This document shows, in pieces, positions 25,051 through 37,912 of a DNA stretch of 64,000 nt. The stretch is from Vicugna vicugna. Lineage: Eukaryota. The first letter of the stretch is position 1. Every line of letters begins with the position of its first letter. A program made the translations under genes and the position numbers. The notes under the pieces were generated by a model. The model had not been told where the DNA came from. It was given only the letters and a program-made list of their open reading frames with translations, and made no database searches. Where the stretch lies: positions 1,178,001 through 1,242,000 of the forward strand of contig MU058221.1 in the NCBI GenBank assembly GCA_013265495.1. Reading direction: 5' to 3'.

Positions 25051-25544
25051 ATAATCCCATTTTCCCCTCCTTTTTCAGTTTTATTAGGTAGAACTATTAC
25101 AGTTCAACTGCACATACACATTATATTGCAAGTAAATACATACATACAGTATACTGCACATTTTTTTAGCTTGCATATATGTACTAATTATTGTTTCTAA
25201 TCCCACTTATTTTTGCAGGCCAATTTTGTCTACGGATTCATTTTTCCATTGTATTTACCTATGTTTGCTTTGCTTTTTTTTCAAATGATAGTGAATATGA
25301 AACAATTAACATTTTAAGAATTAAATATGCAATGCTGAATCTTACTTTTTCCTTAGGGGTACATGAGTTCAAACTATTTAAATTGTGAGGAAAAACACCT
25401 GCTGTAAAACTATGGTGAAGTGAATAGTCGGTCCCTGCTTCGCCTAAGCCACATAACTGGATATTTACACTTGTGTTTCTCACAGGAGGACGCATCCTTC
25501 TTTTAATTTTATATTCATATACAACATTCTGAAAGAAGCAACTT

Positions 25545-27785
25545 CCTGTCCTCTTTTCTCCACAACCTCTCCAGCATTCATCTTTGTCAACATTTAGCGA
25601 TGGCCTTTCTGCCTGGTGCGAGGTGATACCTTATTGCCGTTTTGATTTGCACTTACCTGTGAATTAGCAATATTAAGCATTTTTTCATGTGCCTATTGGC
25701 CATTTGCATTTCTTCACTTTCTTTTTTCTTTTTTGCTACTGATGTTGGATGAGCTGTTTATATATTCTGGAAATTAAGCCCTTGTCATCTGCAAATATTT
25801 TCTCCCATTCTGTAGACTGCCGTTTTGTTTTGCTTATGGTTTCCTTTGCTGTACAAAAGCTTGCAAGTTTAACTAGGTCCCATTTTTTATTTTTGCTTTT
25901 ATTTCTATTGTGTGGGTAGGTCACCCTAGGAGAACATTGCTAAGATATTATCTCACAGAATGTTTTGCCTATGTTTTCTTCTAAGAGTTTATACTGTCTT
26001 CGCTCATATTTAGCTCTTCAAGCCATTTTGAGTTTATTTTTGTTTATGGTGTGTGAGAGAGTGCTCTAAGTTCATTGATTTACATGTGGCTGTCCAGTTT
26101 TCCCCAAACAACTTGCTGAAGATATTGTCCCTTCTCTACTGTATATTTTTGCCTCCTTTGTCACAGATTCACTGAATGTAGGACTGTGGGTTCATTTCTG
26201 GGCTCTTTATTCTGTTCCGTTGATCCATATGTCTCTTTTTTGCCAACACAGCACTGTCCTGGTTGCTATAGCTCTGTAGTGTTGTCTGAAGTCTGGCAGG
26301 GTTATTTATATGCATTCTTTCTTTTTCCTCAGTATGCTTTGGCAGTTCTGGGTCTTTTGTGATTTCATTTAAATTTTAGGATTGTGTGTTCTAGTTCTGT
26401 GAAAAATGTCATCGGTAATTTGATAAGGATCATATTAAATCTGTAGGTTGCCTTGGGCAATATGGCTATTTCAACACTATAGATTCTTCCAACCCAAGAA
26501 CATGGGATAACCTTCCATTTCTTTAAGTCCTCTTTAATTTCCTTCATCAATGTTTTGCAGTTCTCCATATATGTCTTTCGTCTCCTTGGTCAGATTTATT
26601 CTTAAGTATTTGATTGTTTTGGATGTGATTTTTTTTAATTGTTTCCTTAGTCTCTTTTTCTGGTATTTCATTGTTCGTGTAAAGAAATTCAGCTGATTTC
26701 TGTATGGTAATACTATAATCTGCTACCTTGCCAAATAATTTTATCAGCTCTGATAGTTATTGTGTAGAGCTTTTGGGGTTTTCTGTATATAGTATTATGT
26801 CATCCACATAGAGTGACAGTATTTTCTCTTCTCTTCCAATTTGGATCCCATTTATTTCTTTTTTCTTGCCTGATTGTTGTGGCTAGGACTTCCACGATTA
26901 CGTTGAATAGAAGTGGTGAGAATGGGTATCATTGTCTAGTACCAGATTTCAGGGGGAAGGCGTTCAGTTTTTTCCCAGTGGAAATTAGGCTGCGTGTGGG
27001 TTTGTCATAAATAGCTTTTATGATGTTGAGATATGTTCCCTCTATAGCCACTTTGGTAAGAATTTTTACCATAAATGGGTGTTGAATTTTATCAAATATT
27101 TTTTCTGCATCTATTGAGATGATCATGTGATTTTTGTCCTTCCTTTAGTGGATGTGGTATATCACATTGATTGATTTGTGTATGTTGAACCATCCTTGTG
27201 TCCCTGGGATGAATCCAACTTGATCATGGTGTATGATCTTTTTTATGTGCTGCTGGATTTTGTTTGCTAATATATGGTTGAGGATTTTTGCATCTATGTT
27301 CATCAATCATATTGGCTTGTAACTCTCTTTTTTGGTAGTGTCTTTGTCTGGTTTTGGTATCAGGGTGATGGTGGCTTCACAGAATGTGTTTGGAAGTGTT
27401 CCCTTCTTCTCATTCTTCTGGAAGACTTTGAGAAGGATCTGAATGAGTTCTTTATATGTTTGGTAGAATTCCCTGGTGAAACCGTGTGGTCCTGGACTTT
27501 TGTTTGTAGGGAGGTTTTTTTTTATTATTATTATTATTGCTGATTCTATTTTATGTCTAGTGATTGGTCTGTTCAAGTGGTCTGTTTCTTCTTGATTCAG
27601 TCTTGGTGGATTCTGTTTCCAGAAAGTCATCCATTTCTTCTGGGATGTCCATTTTGTTTCCATGTAGTTGTTCATAGTGTTCTATTACGGATCTTTGTAT
27701 TTCTGTATTTCTCTTCTTTATTTGTGGTCTCTCTTTTCTTCTTGGTGAGCCTGGCCAGAGATTTGCTGATTTTGTTTACTCTTTT
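25545..27785 (-). mobile_element. L1 ORF2 (reverse transcriptase) fragment, disrupted
   Basis: Minus-strand ORFs give [69 protein letters not shown] and [17 protein letters not shown]. The RT catalytic motif reads YVDD at 26799-26810. Multiple stops and frameshifts; no 3' UTR at the left end. Confidence 0.95.
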
Positions 27786-28500
27786 AAAATTGAGATGGAA
27801 TTTACAGACATTAAAATAGACACATCTTGAGTGTTCAACTCAAGAAGTTTGGACAGTTACATACACTAGGGTAATCATGGCTCAAGCACATAACAGAACA
27901 CCTTCAACATCTCAGGAAGTGCTCTCTTGACCCTTTCTACAGTCAATCCCGATTCTCAATGAAAGAGCCAGTCATCTTACTTAGCTTTGCTTGTTCATTC
28001 ATTACAAAGAGAGCATTTATTTTTGTTTTTGTTTCTTTCTCTCAACCTAAATTACTTAAATTTCATCCACTTGTTGCCTATTTATTTGTCCATTCTTTTA
28101 AAAATTTCTAACAAGAAATTTGTATTCTGCATAAGAGACCATAGATTCTTATCCATTTTTGCATTAATGAACATGTGGGTGGTTTCCCTTTTAGGGGGGA
28201 GAGGAGGTGCAGGAACACTTTTATAAAGATGCCCTGAATATTCTTGTACAGAAATTTGTATGGATCTATGTTTTCCCTTCTCTAAGATAAATAACTCGAG
28301 TTGAACTGCTGAGACAGAAGGCAGATGCTAATTTTCAAGAAACTGCCAAACAGTTCTACAAAGTGGTTCCACAATTTTGCAATTTGATATATAAGATATA
28401 ATCACTACATATTCAATATATGTTTTGATTGCTTCATGTCTTATCAACGTTTGAGGTTTTCAGTCTTCTTTTTTATTTTAGCCATTCTCAGGGGTGAGAG
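27785..28500 (-). mobile_element. Old L1ME/MC 3' end
   Basis: AAATTGAGATGGAATTTACAGACATTAAAAT...CAGAACACCTTCAACATCTCAGGAAGTGCTCTC...AGAAACTGCCAAACAGTTCTACAAAGTGGTT. Confidence 0.65.
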
Positions 28501-31500
28501 GGAGTAATCTTATGTCAGAGGTATAGCTCTTAACCACAACGCTCTATGTCTTAACATACGACACGTAGAAACATCTTGATTTCAGTAAACATATTCTAAA
28601 CCATAATAAATTCATGAAGATCACAGTAAGGTTACAAGGCGTGGCAGAATTTCCACAGAAAATTGAGAGACATTATTAAAAAACTCTCTAGAGAGAAACA
28701 AAAACAAAATGGTAGTTATAAGGATGAGTGACTATAGTTCAATTTAAACGTCTCCCCTTCAAGCCTTCAAACCAAAAATGGAAATTTCTTTCATATTATA
28801 ATTCACTCTCCAAGAGTGCATCTTTACTGAATAAAGCCCAAATTATTTTAATTTGAGCCCAAAATCTAGCTTTATTTTCTTTTTTTAGATGTTTATCCTC
28901 AGGGCTTCTGTCAAAAATCCTGACCGTGGGACTGCTAAGAGAAAAAAGATGGAAAAGACAAATACCACTGGTGACAAGAATAATCTATGAACTAAATCCT
29001 CCGGGGCCCAATTACTAGCTGAAAACCTGAAGAAGCCAGAGTCATGTCTGACTTCAGATGCTCCATTTTCTATTTTGATGTCATATCACAAATATTAGGA
29101 AAACAATCTACAAGTTGAGTTAAAGTTTTTACTGAAGATGGTACACTATGTTTTAAGTTACTCATCCCCTTTATTAACTACAGATCATTATGTCGTTCAT
29201 TGCTTGTCCTATCTTTTAGTTGGGAAAATCAGAGGCTAACACTAAAAATTTCATGCTTTTAAAAATAGCATAAGCATATCTGAATCAGAACATATTTTCT
29301 AAGAAAAAAAAAGGAAAAGAAAGATATATCTAGTTAAACTTTAAAAAAGTTTTTCTCCCATGTAAAACTGCTTCTCATCACAATTTGATAAGAAAAATTA
29401 ATGTAACCCCCCCCTTTTTTTTTCTACCAGAGAATAGTCACTTGAAAACTTTTTTTTTTTTGGTAGTTTTTGAATGGACAATTTTATTTCTATTTGGAGA
29501 TAAAGTGCATCTACTCTACTATTTATCTTCTAGACCAAGACATTGTTGACTTTGATTTTGTAAAGAGAGATAAAGAAATCAAATAGGCTGAGTCATTTTT
29601 TTCTTAAATGGAAAAATGAAGGAATCTCACAAGACACAGATTCATTTACATACATCAAAAGAGAAACACTGCTGTGTTCAATGTAACATCCGTCACTGAA
29701 TTTTAGTGAACTTAACAGCCATGGGTAGGACACAGAATGGCTGAATTTCAAACACAAATAATAGGCCATCAGCTGAGACTAATGACTGTTTTAAATATGT
29801 TACACGGTGTACAACTGAAATAAATGAGAAGACAGTAAAATATTAACATTATAGTTTCCACTTGACATTCCTACTAAATATTGCAAAGCCATTTGGTACA
29901 TTACTAAACCTTACACCACCTGTGCAAAGAAGATGGCATGACGCAAGCGATACTTATGGGGCTTATTATTTGTTTGGTAAATTAGAGATACGAACTTAGG
30001 CCAGAATGACGTGTTGGTTGTATGGCTGTGACCATCTTGGGACAATTACTTCAGCCTTGACCAGGCAGCAGTCACCAGGCAGGTGCCTGGTGCCTTCACC
30101 ACCAACACTGACTTAGAGCACCTTAGCCAAGTAAGAGAGTCGTTGCCCATGTAGTAGAAATAGAATGACTAAACAACCATGTGTGTCAAAGACTGATCAA
30201 AGTAATTTTAAATGTCTCTGAATATACGTTTTTTAAAATTAATCTACAAGACAGATGACAACTCTAACAATTAACAAAAAAATAATTGGAAGAGTGGTCA
30301 CAGTATCTTTGAGATAATTTACCTGAAGGTGATAAAACCGTGGGCTCGTAGAGCTGTTAACAACATTTAAAATCAGACTATTGACATCCAAAAAGGTAAA
30401 GCAATAAAAATATATGTCTGTAGGTGCGATCATTGCATAATTAGGTGATAGGAAGATCACAAATGTATTTGCTAACACACAGGTTCTAAACATTTGCTAA
30501 CACATCTGCTTAGTGTCATTAGAGGGGATCCTTTGATAAAACATATCCGTGCAGACAGAAGCTGCATGATTCCATTTCATATGTTGGTTCTACCCCTTTT
30601 ATAAGCAGGCGAATTATGTGTATCTCAGCTTTGAAACATTTTTGAATAAAATATTGATATATTTTTGTGACTCCATTTAAAATGTGTTAAAATCCAAAAA
30701 TTCAAGAATAACTCATGTTTTTAACCTATCATAGAAACTTCTACCTACGTTCACATGTTATTATATTCTGAGTTTTTGTAAATCCCTTTTTTATTGAAAG
30801 CAAGTTGGATTTAGGAAAGGAGACTGTGATTAGAGCGAGTTTATATTTTCAACCAGATACTTCATACCTGTCAAAGCAACCTGAATCATTTAGGGTTTAA
30901 ATGACTCAATCCATCAAATACCATTTGAGATGAAAAAAAAATCAGAATTTATGAGTCCTCAAAAATTTAATTCAGAGAATTACAAATACTGTGAATTTTC
31001 ATGGTTAAGTAAAAACAAGGCAAAATGCAACTTTAGTTTACCTTTACAGTTACAGCCTATGTCATATACAAATATATAATTTTATAAAACAATAGTTTAA
31101 AATTCAAGTAAAGCAAAATAAGACTGAATAATATTTCATAAAATTACATATACTTGTTAGTGAAGAGTAGATGTGTTTTGATTTTAAAAAATTCACAGCA
31201 CTTTGCCAGTATGATCATGTGAAATGCAGAATGCAAGATAAAAACTTAGTCATATTGTTTCATCTACCATTACACACAGAAATAAAATGTCATTTTCTTA
31301 ATCATTTGAAAGTTTGTTGATAGTGTTGTCATAAAATTATTATACTCTTCAAAAGGACTTTCTATAGGTTTTTGGTTTCAGAATTGTCTTAGGAAAGAAA
31401 TAAGACAGCAAATGTATTGCAGTGTTCTCAGTCAGTGCTAGACATATTAATGCCTGTAAAATTTTAAAAATACACAACAAAACTATATGAGATTAGCAGC

Positions 31501-31639
31501 CTGGAAAGCACTCTTTCAGAAACTCACAGGAAAATATTCCTAAATACATAAACATAAAAAAAGAAACTACATAAGGATCTGTCTTCAACACTATGAAAAA
31601 TTTAAAACTTGGGGAGAATTATTAATAATTTTAACATAG

Positions 31640-31776
31640 ATGAAGTCCAGAAGAAACTCTACTTCAAAAAGACACCTGCACCCCGATGTTCACAGCAGCA
31701 CTATTTACAACAGCCAAGACATGGAGACAGCCTACATGTCCATCAGCAGAGGACTGGGTAAAGAAGATGTGGTATA
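31640..31776 (+). mobile_element. Short L1 ORF2 C-terminal fragment
   Basis: AAAAAGACACCTGCACCCCGATGTTCACAGCAGCACTATTTACAACAGCCAAGACATGG (KDTCTPMFTAALFTTAKTW)...AAGAAGATGTGGTATA; ends abruptly. Confidence 0.9.
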
Positions 31777-32149
31777 ACTCTTGGCTTCCCATCTGAAGAG
31801 TAAGGGCAGGATATGGGGGCAGGGGGCTCTCAGAGCTCAGCACCCCAAGGTGAAAACCCAGAGGCCACAGCCTGATGTCTCAGTCTTCTACCTGCAGCCG
31901 GACGTATCTTGAAACCATGGACCAAAGACAGATTGGTGTCCCAGGGTCATTGGTCTGAAGATGGAGTGCTCGGCATCCTGGCCTCCACTATGAAGGGGAA
32001 CGTGGCCACAGTCTCACCATGACCCGAGAGTCTCTGTGTCCTGTTTGGCGCGATCTCCATTTAGTTTAGCAGGCGGCTGATCCCTGGAAGTCAAGGAAGC
32101 TGCTCAACTGGTGTAGCCAGAGAGAGGGGGAATGAAGTGAAGAAGCAAA

Positions 32150-33114
32150 TTACAACCTGAGAGTCCACAAGGAGGACCAGGACTGAGGAAGGTGAAAGGA
32201 CAAGAGAGCTTGTCCTAAAACCCCAGCAGCTGAATCTATGAAGACAGCGCTGTCTCCTCACTTGGGCAAGTGTCCTTAGAGGGATGGGAGCAGCGGGGCA
32301 GAGACATTGCAGCCCAGGACTGCCACCCACAGCGGTGCTTTCCTGGAAAAGGCGCCTGGGGAGGACGCCACTCCAGCCACGCACAAGAAGTTGGCCACGC
32401 TGGCTGGCTGGTGAATGAGGCACAGGGTGTGGCCATAAGTGCTCCCGGGCACCGCAGATCAAAGCACCAGCAACAGGGGCGTGGTCCTGGCCGCAGTAAG
32501 AAGCCAAGGAGCGCTGCCCAGTCAGAAGAGCGAGTTAACAAGAGTGCAGGAGCCTCACCCTTGCTGTTGGGGTCATGGACCTGCTGGTGGTCGTGGGAAG
32601 GAAGAAGGTCAGAGACTTCAGGAGGGTGGTTGTCCAGAGAACTTGACAACAGAGATCAGAAGGCAGACCTGGGGATCCCCAGTGGAGGACAGAGACCAGT
32701 ATCTAAAAGTCACAGAGCCTTGAATTGGGTGTGGCCAGGGCGAGTGTTGTGCCCCGAAGGGTCGCCTTAGGCAAAGGACCCAAGTGAACTTGGAAAAGCG
32801 CACACGGTCTTGGTTGGCAGTCCCAGCACTTGAAAAGTGATGGAGCAGAAGTTATACATTGGCTCTAGCAGGTGCAGCAAATGTGAGCTGAGAAGTAACA
32901 GGAAGTACATCGAGTCTGATCAGGTAGACACTGAAGACCTCGGGGTCTGCAGGAGAAAGAGAGCTGCCGTGGAGAGAGCACAGCGAGGGCCAGGCGACTG
33001 GATACTCCCCGGGCGCGGGTGCCCTGGGCTGGCCGTGGCTGCTGAGCGGCCCAGCCCTGCAGCACCGGGAGCTCCACCGAGCACGTGGCTCCAGGAGCAG
33101 GAGAGACTCTCCAC
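32150..33114 (-). pseudogene. MAS-related GPCR (MRGPR/MAS-like) pseudogene, multiple frameshifts and stops
   Basis: Stitched minus-strand frames give, in 7TM order: VFSVYLI (32918-32938), MYFLLLLSSHLLHLLEPMYNFCSITF (32833-32910), LPSDLCCQVLWTTTLLKSL (32610-32666), WAALLGFLL..LLLV/LICGAR (to 32445), TLCLIHQPASVANFLC, LGCNVSAPLLPSL*, QVRRQRCLHR (32235-32264) and SAAGVLGQAL (32204-32233). These parallel recalled MRGPR motifs FSVY(I/V)L..ADFLFL, FFCSI, LSAVVCVLLWALSLLLSIL, LLVRILCGSR, NSSANP and SLGTVLQQAL, with similar spacing. Ends approximate. Confidence 0.6.
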
Positions 33115-33195
33115 CGAGGTGGCAGGGGGACGGGAGAGCAAGACAAAGAGGAGAGACGAGGTCAAAGGAAGTATCCGAGTCCTGGCACCAGAAGG

Positions 33196-33712
33196 TGTTA
33201 CCCCAGAAGGGGAAGGGAAAGGCCCCAGTTCTTGTCATACCCGAAAAATAAGACTTCAGGTGGGAGGCGGAGTGTTGATAGCGGCAGATTTTAAAGGACT
33301 TATTAGCAAAGGGAAAGAGCGCCTCCCAGAACAGGAGGCGGGCTGACCGAGGGGAAACGTAGTGGGCTCCGTCTGCCCCTTCTCTTGTACCCTCGCTTGG
33401 AGATGGTCTTTTGGTTGCTTGACGGCTCTTGCCCCTGGAGTGCCCAGTCCTGTTTGTCCGCTTTGCACACGTCCTTACCCAGGACGCACAGCAGAACCCG
33501 TGGAGGGGCCTTACCGGCAGTGCTGACTGTATCACAGTGAGCAGGGGGTTGTGTCCGCTTAGGCTGTCGGGTTCCAACCAGTTTCTTGCTGGCACTCATT
33601 TAGGAGAAATTAAGCCCCTTTCTGTTGAAGGCAGGTGTAATGACTCTTCCAGACCACCCTCCCTCTCCTCCCCCTGTCTGCCCGGTGCCCCTACTTACCT
33701 AACTACCTAACA
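33196..33712 (-). mobile_element. ERV solo LTR
   Basis: Bounded by TGTTA...TAACA inverted termini. CTTATT (reverse polyA-like signal, ~33299), then GAAAGAGCGCCTCCCAGAACAGGAGGCGGGCTGACC, typical of antisense LTR U5/R. No clean TSD. Confidence 0.65.
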
Positions 33713-35213
33713 GGTCCACAGGAAAGACTCAACATCTGATATTAAATAAGTCTATTACTTACAAGTGAAAACACAGTCTCCTTTTCTTCTGCATACATAA
33801 TAACCTAATGACTGAAAAAAATGACGAAGTGATGCTTAGTTTTCATGTTTGTATCTTCCATGTCATCCTGTTGCATCATACCTGGAAAATGCTTTGTAAC
33901 TTTAATTAAAAACAAACAAAAAACTGTTTCTTTATGTCTAGAAAATCTTAAAGTCTAGCCAAGGGAAAAATAAACACAAATAAAAAATCAAATCAAAATA
34001 TTTAAACCTTTAAGTATTTAAATCCTTAGCATTTAATAACGCTTAACACTGACCAACATGGATACACAGCGATGTAAGGCAGTAGGCAGGGAGTCACATC
34101 TGGGGAAGTAGCAACTAGCAATCAAATTAGTCTCTTTATTAGACTCCTGGAAGGAGGCACCAAGATGATCTATAATTACGTTCCTAGAATCCAATTTACA
34201 CTAGCCACCCCGAGAACAAACACCCTTAAATGGCACGTTGCTCGTCAAAGCAAAGCCCGAGTGCTTCCTGATAACTGGAAAGGCTGAGCAGAGGTGCAGA
34301 TTAGGTGCGATATCTGGATTCCTCAGTCTGACAAACAAGCAGAACACGCGGCAGAAGGAGGCCATGAAATCTCTCGGAGAGCTGGATGCGGAATAGATTG
34401 CGTACCATTTTGTGTATTTGGCTGTTCTTGGAAAACTCAAGTCTCGCCTCTTCCTCACCCCTCCCTCCACCTCCTCCTCCAAATGTAAATATTCAAAGCC
34501 AACAGGCAACTGAGAAGCCCAGCGAAAGGTTTGAAGATTATTTATATATTTCAAGGTGAAAAAAATGTCTAATTTGAGTCTCCCTCAGGTCGCATACAAT
34601 ACTGAAAATGCACATTAGTAAATAATTGTTCTCCAGGAAATTGTTTGAAGAGGAGCTAAAGTGTGAAGGAAATCTTTTGGAATGTCTCATTTGTAAGATG
34701 GATATTGTAAAGGCGTTCTCTAGGAAGCTAATATGCATATACTTTTTGTTTAAATATGCTTTCTATAGTCATTCATGTATGATTCATATATTTACATGTA
34801 AAAGATATGTAGCATATATATATATATATTGTGTTGTGCTGTGTAGAGTAGATATATAGATGCTTATTTGTGGTGTATGTAAAAATCACAAACACAGGCA
34901 AATCATCTGTAGTTGATGCCATTAAAGGCCATAATCAATTGTCCTGTCTCACAGGAGCAGATACACTTTTTATCTCCGCTCAGTGGGTTCTCAGTGAGAG
35001 GTCATTTTTGAAGGAAGGCAGTCATTTTAACTGCAGTGAACCATTTGGCATTTGAAAGGTTAGACAGATTATCCTCTTGGAATGCTTCTGTCTGAGAGGT
35101 TCTCTGGCTACAAGCCAGGTAGAATCATCTTTGAACCCACTTGCATTATTTAACCTAAAAGTTTGCCAAACAAGACCATTAACAGCAGTTTGAACTGATT
35201 GCTTCAGTCTTAG

Positions 35214-35627
35214 AAGGAAATCATCATACTGAGCGAAGTAAGCCAGAAAAAGAAAGAAAACTACCATGTGATATCACTCGTATGTGGAAATTTAAATTAA
35301 AAAAAGGACACAAATGAACTTATTTACAAAACACAGACGGACTCACAGACATAGAAGACAAACTTGCAGTTACCGGTGGGGGAAGGGAGTGAGGCGGGAT
35401 AAACTGGGAGTTTGGGTTTTGCAATTGCTAACTACTATATATAGAGAATGGATAAACAACACTGTGTAGCACAGGGAGCTATATTCAATACCTTGCAATG
35501 GCCTATAATGAGAAAGAAGATGAAAAGGAATCTATACACATATGTATAAATGAATCACTATGCTGTGCAACAAATGAACAGAACACTGTGAATCGACTGT
35601 GCAATAAAAAAGGAAAAAAAAGAAAGC
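35214..35627 (+). mobile_element. L1 3' end with A-rich tail
   Basis: ATCATACTGAGCGAAGTAAGCCAGAAA...GACACAAATGAACTTATTTACAAAAC...GTAGCACAGGGAGCTATATTCAATACCTTG...AATAAAAAAGGAAAAAAAAG. Confidence 0.9.
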
Positions 35628-35904
35628 AAACAAGGAATGAAATGCTAAACATACATATAATGTTCTTTGTTAAAATGTTCATTTAATAATGAAATTTAAA
35701 AAATGAAATGATCAAGTGAATTATCTTTATAGTTATTCTATATAAATAGTAAGAAGTATTTTAAATAATCAATTTGTTACAAATTCAATGGACTATGTGA
35801 TGTTTTAAAATGGATGAGTGAATAACGAATTCTTTAATTTACAATAATAATTTCAATTAAATTTGGAAAGATCAGGAAAGGCACCAAACATTACATAAAT
35901 GACC

Positions 35905-36232
35905 TAGAGTACGGCTAGCTTTTTTTTTTTTTCCATAAAAAGCCAAACAGTAAACGTTCTAGGCATTCTGGTCCACATGGTCTCTGTCTAAACTACTCAT
36001 CTTGGTGGTTATAACAAAAGTAGTTCTAGACAACGAGAAAATGAAACAGCGTGTTCCAGTGAAATGTTATGTACAGACACTGAAATTTGAATCTCACATA
36101 ATAATCCTGTCATGAAATATTAATCTCCTTTTTTTTTTAACCATGTGAAAATGGGAAAACTGTTCTCTAGCTCAAAGAGAAACAGGTGGGGAGCTGGATC
36201 TGGCCAGTGGTCCTGAGCGTGCTGTTAACAGA
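35905..36232. mobile_element. MER58B-like hAT-Charlie DNA transposon fossil
   Basis: AAAGCCAAACAGTAAACGTTCTAGGC...CATGGTCTCTGTC.AAACTACTCA...GTGTTCCAGTGAAATGTTATGTACAGACACTGAAATTTGAAT...AAACAGGTGGGGAGCTGGATCTGGCC. Confidence 0.75.
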
Positions 36233-37147
36233 TGCAGGGTTCTGGAGTGTCATTTTCTACAAATTGGCAGAGCTAACATTTTGACTTTTCGTTTTTCACT
36301 TCTGTTTGTAGAGCAATATACTTACATATACATTTATCTGTTAATACTGTATTGGAGTATATCTCCATACATATTTACTTCCTTTGTAAAAACTTATTAT
36401 GATAGTATATAATAAACACATATCAATATGTGATTTTATACGTTAATATAATTGGTTCATACATTTTTCAGCATCACCATTATTAACATAATTTTTCTAG
36501 TTTTATAGATAAGAAAACTAGGGCTTAGAGCAGACTTAGAGGTTCCAGATATGATCCTCTGTTTTGATGGTAGAAAGACTGAAGTAGGAAGATAAAAATT
36601 TCAATACCATAAATGGACCCTGCTGGCTCTGTAACGACACATCAGGGACCACTGTGCTAGGTAAAGAGGGACGAAAAGATACAGAAAATAATTAAGAAAT
36701 AATAAATAAAATTTCAGCTATGGAGAAGACAAATGAATCATTCCTTCTAAAAAATAAACCGCTCACCAGTGTGACACTGATAATCATTGATTGATCATGT
36801 AGAATCAAGATCTATCTCATCTAGACAGTGCTGAAGAAAAACTCTCCAGCTGGCCTTTTTTGAGTTTAACATTTCTTAACCCATGTTAACTACCAGTCCT
36901 CTCTTTAGCAAAGATTTTCCAATTAGTGCAATAAACTCAGTTTGATTTTCTTGTATTATAAATTTGCTGTTCTGAGTTTAGACTCATTGCCAAGATTGGA
37001 GTTGGTTGTGGTCAAACTCCTTGAGTTTCCCTTTATAATCCACTTCCTAAATTCCACTATTAGTGTGTATCATATCATATACTCTCATCATGCATTATTA
37101 GTGTAATTAATTAGCCCAACTGTCAGAAAGCCACCTGTTAGCCACCT

Positions 37148-37528
37148 TGAAGGAGTAGCTCGTGGGGCCCAAGGCCAGGGTCACAACAACATGCTTGTAG
37201 TATAAGGTAAATAATGATTGTACACACACGCCAGTTATATAAGTTTTAGAACAAAGTAGAAGTATGTATGTGTTAGTGGTGTTATGTAAGCCTCATGAAT
37301 AAAGAAATGACACTGCGCATGTGCAGGTAGAAAATAGACAAAAGCTGGACTAGTGCACTGCAGGGCGTTGCCATCTCATTAAACAAGAACAAGGTGCTGA
37401 GTGCCGCAGCCACTGCCGCCCTTCATGGGCGCCACCCGCTTGTACCACAATAACGTGCTGGTTTGCTCCATGTTGGCTCCTCGCACATTTTTCCAGTTGG
37501 GCAGCTCAGCTCATCGAATCCCTCTTCA
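37148..37528 (+). mobile_element. ERV solo LTR (~380 bp)
   Basis: Inverted termini TGAAG...CTTCA, similar flanks (GCCACC/GCCCCC), composition distinct from surroundings, CAATAAC polyA-like signal near the 3' end. Confidence 0.65.
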
Positions 37529-37881
37529 GCCCCCCTCAGATGATACCACCTTATTCCCTTTATTTTTTTTTGACCTATTCAAAGAAACCTTAAAATTTTT
37601 CCCCAAGTAATTTCTACTTCACGTGGTTGTATAAACTAAGTTGAACGAGGCTTGAATGAATGAATAAGTAGCTGCAAAATGAATTTTTGTGGTTTCTTGC
37701 TTTCTTTCCTTTCTCTTAATTGAAGAATTATGGCAGAGGGAAAAAAAAAACACATTTTGGCTTCCTATAAGTGCCTGCTGAAAGGTTCATGTCTTCTTTT
37801 TTTCAGTTCTTTATGTTAACATGAAATGCAGCTAGAAATGACAGCCCAAAACTCAACTGTGGGCTGTACGTGGTGTGTGGC

Positions 37882-37884
<3 letters not shown>

Positions 37885-37912
<28 letters not shown>
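37885..37912. repeat. (GT)n microsatellite
   Basis: About 14 GT units. Confidence 0.95.

Noticed and set aside
25545..27785. Active reverse transcriptase or novel RT system
   Set aside because: Ordinary L1 ORF2 with stops, frameshifts and a YVDD motif explicable by CpG decay of YADD.
32852..33595. 247-aa minus-strand ORF as an intact gene
   Set aside because: It starts inside the solo LTR and only briefly shares the GPCR frame (VFSVYLI); it is a chance chimeric ORF.
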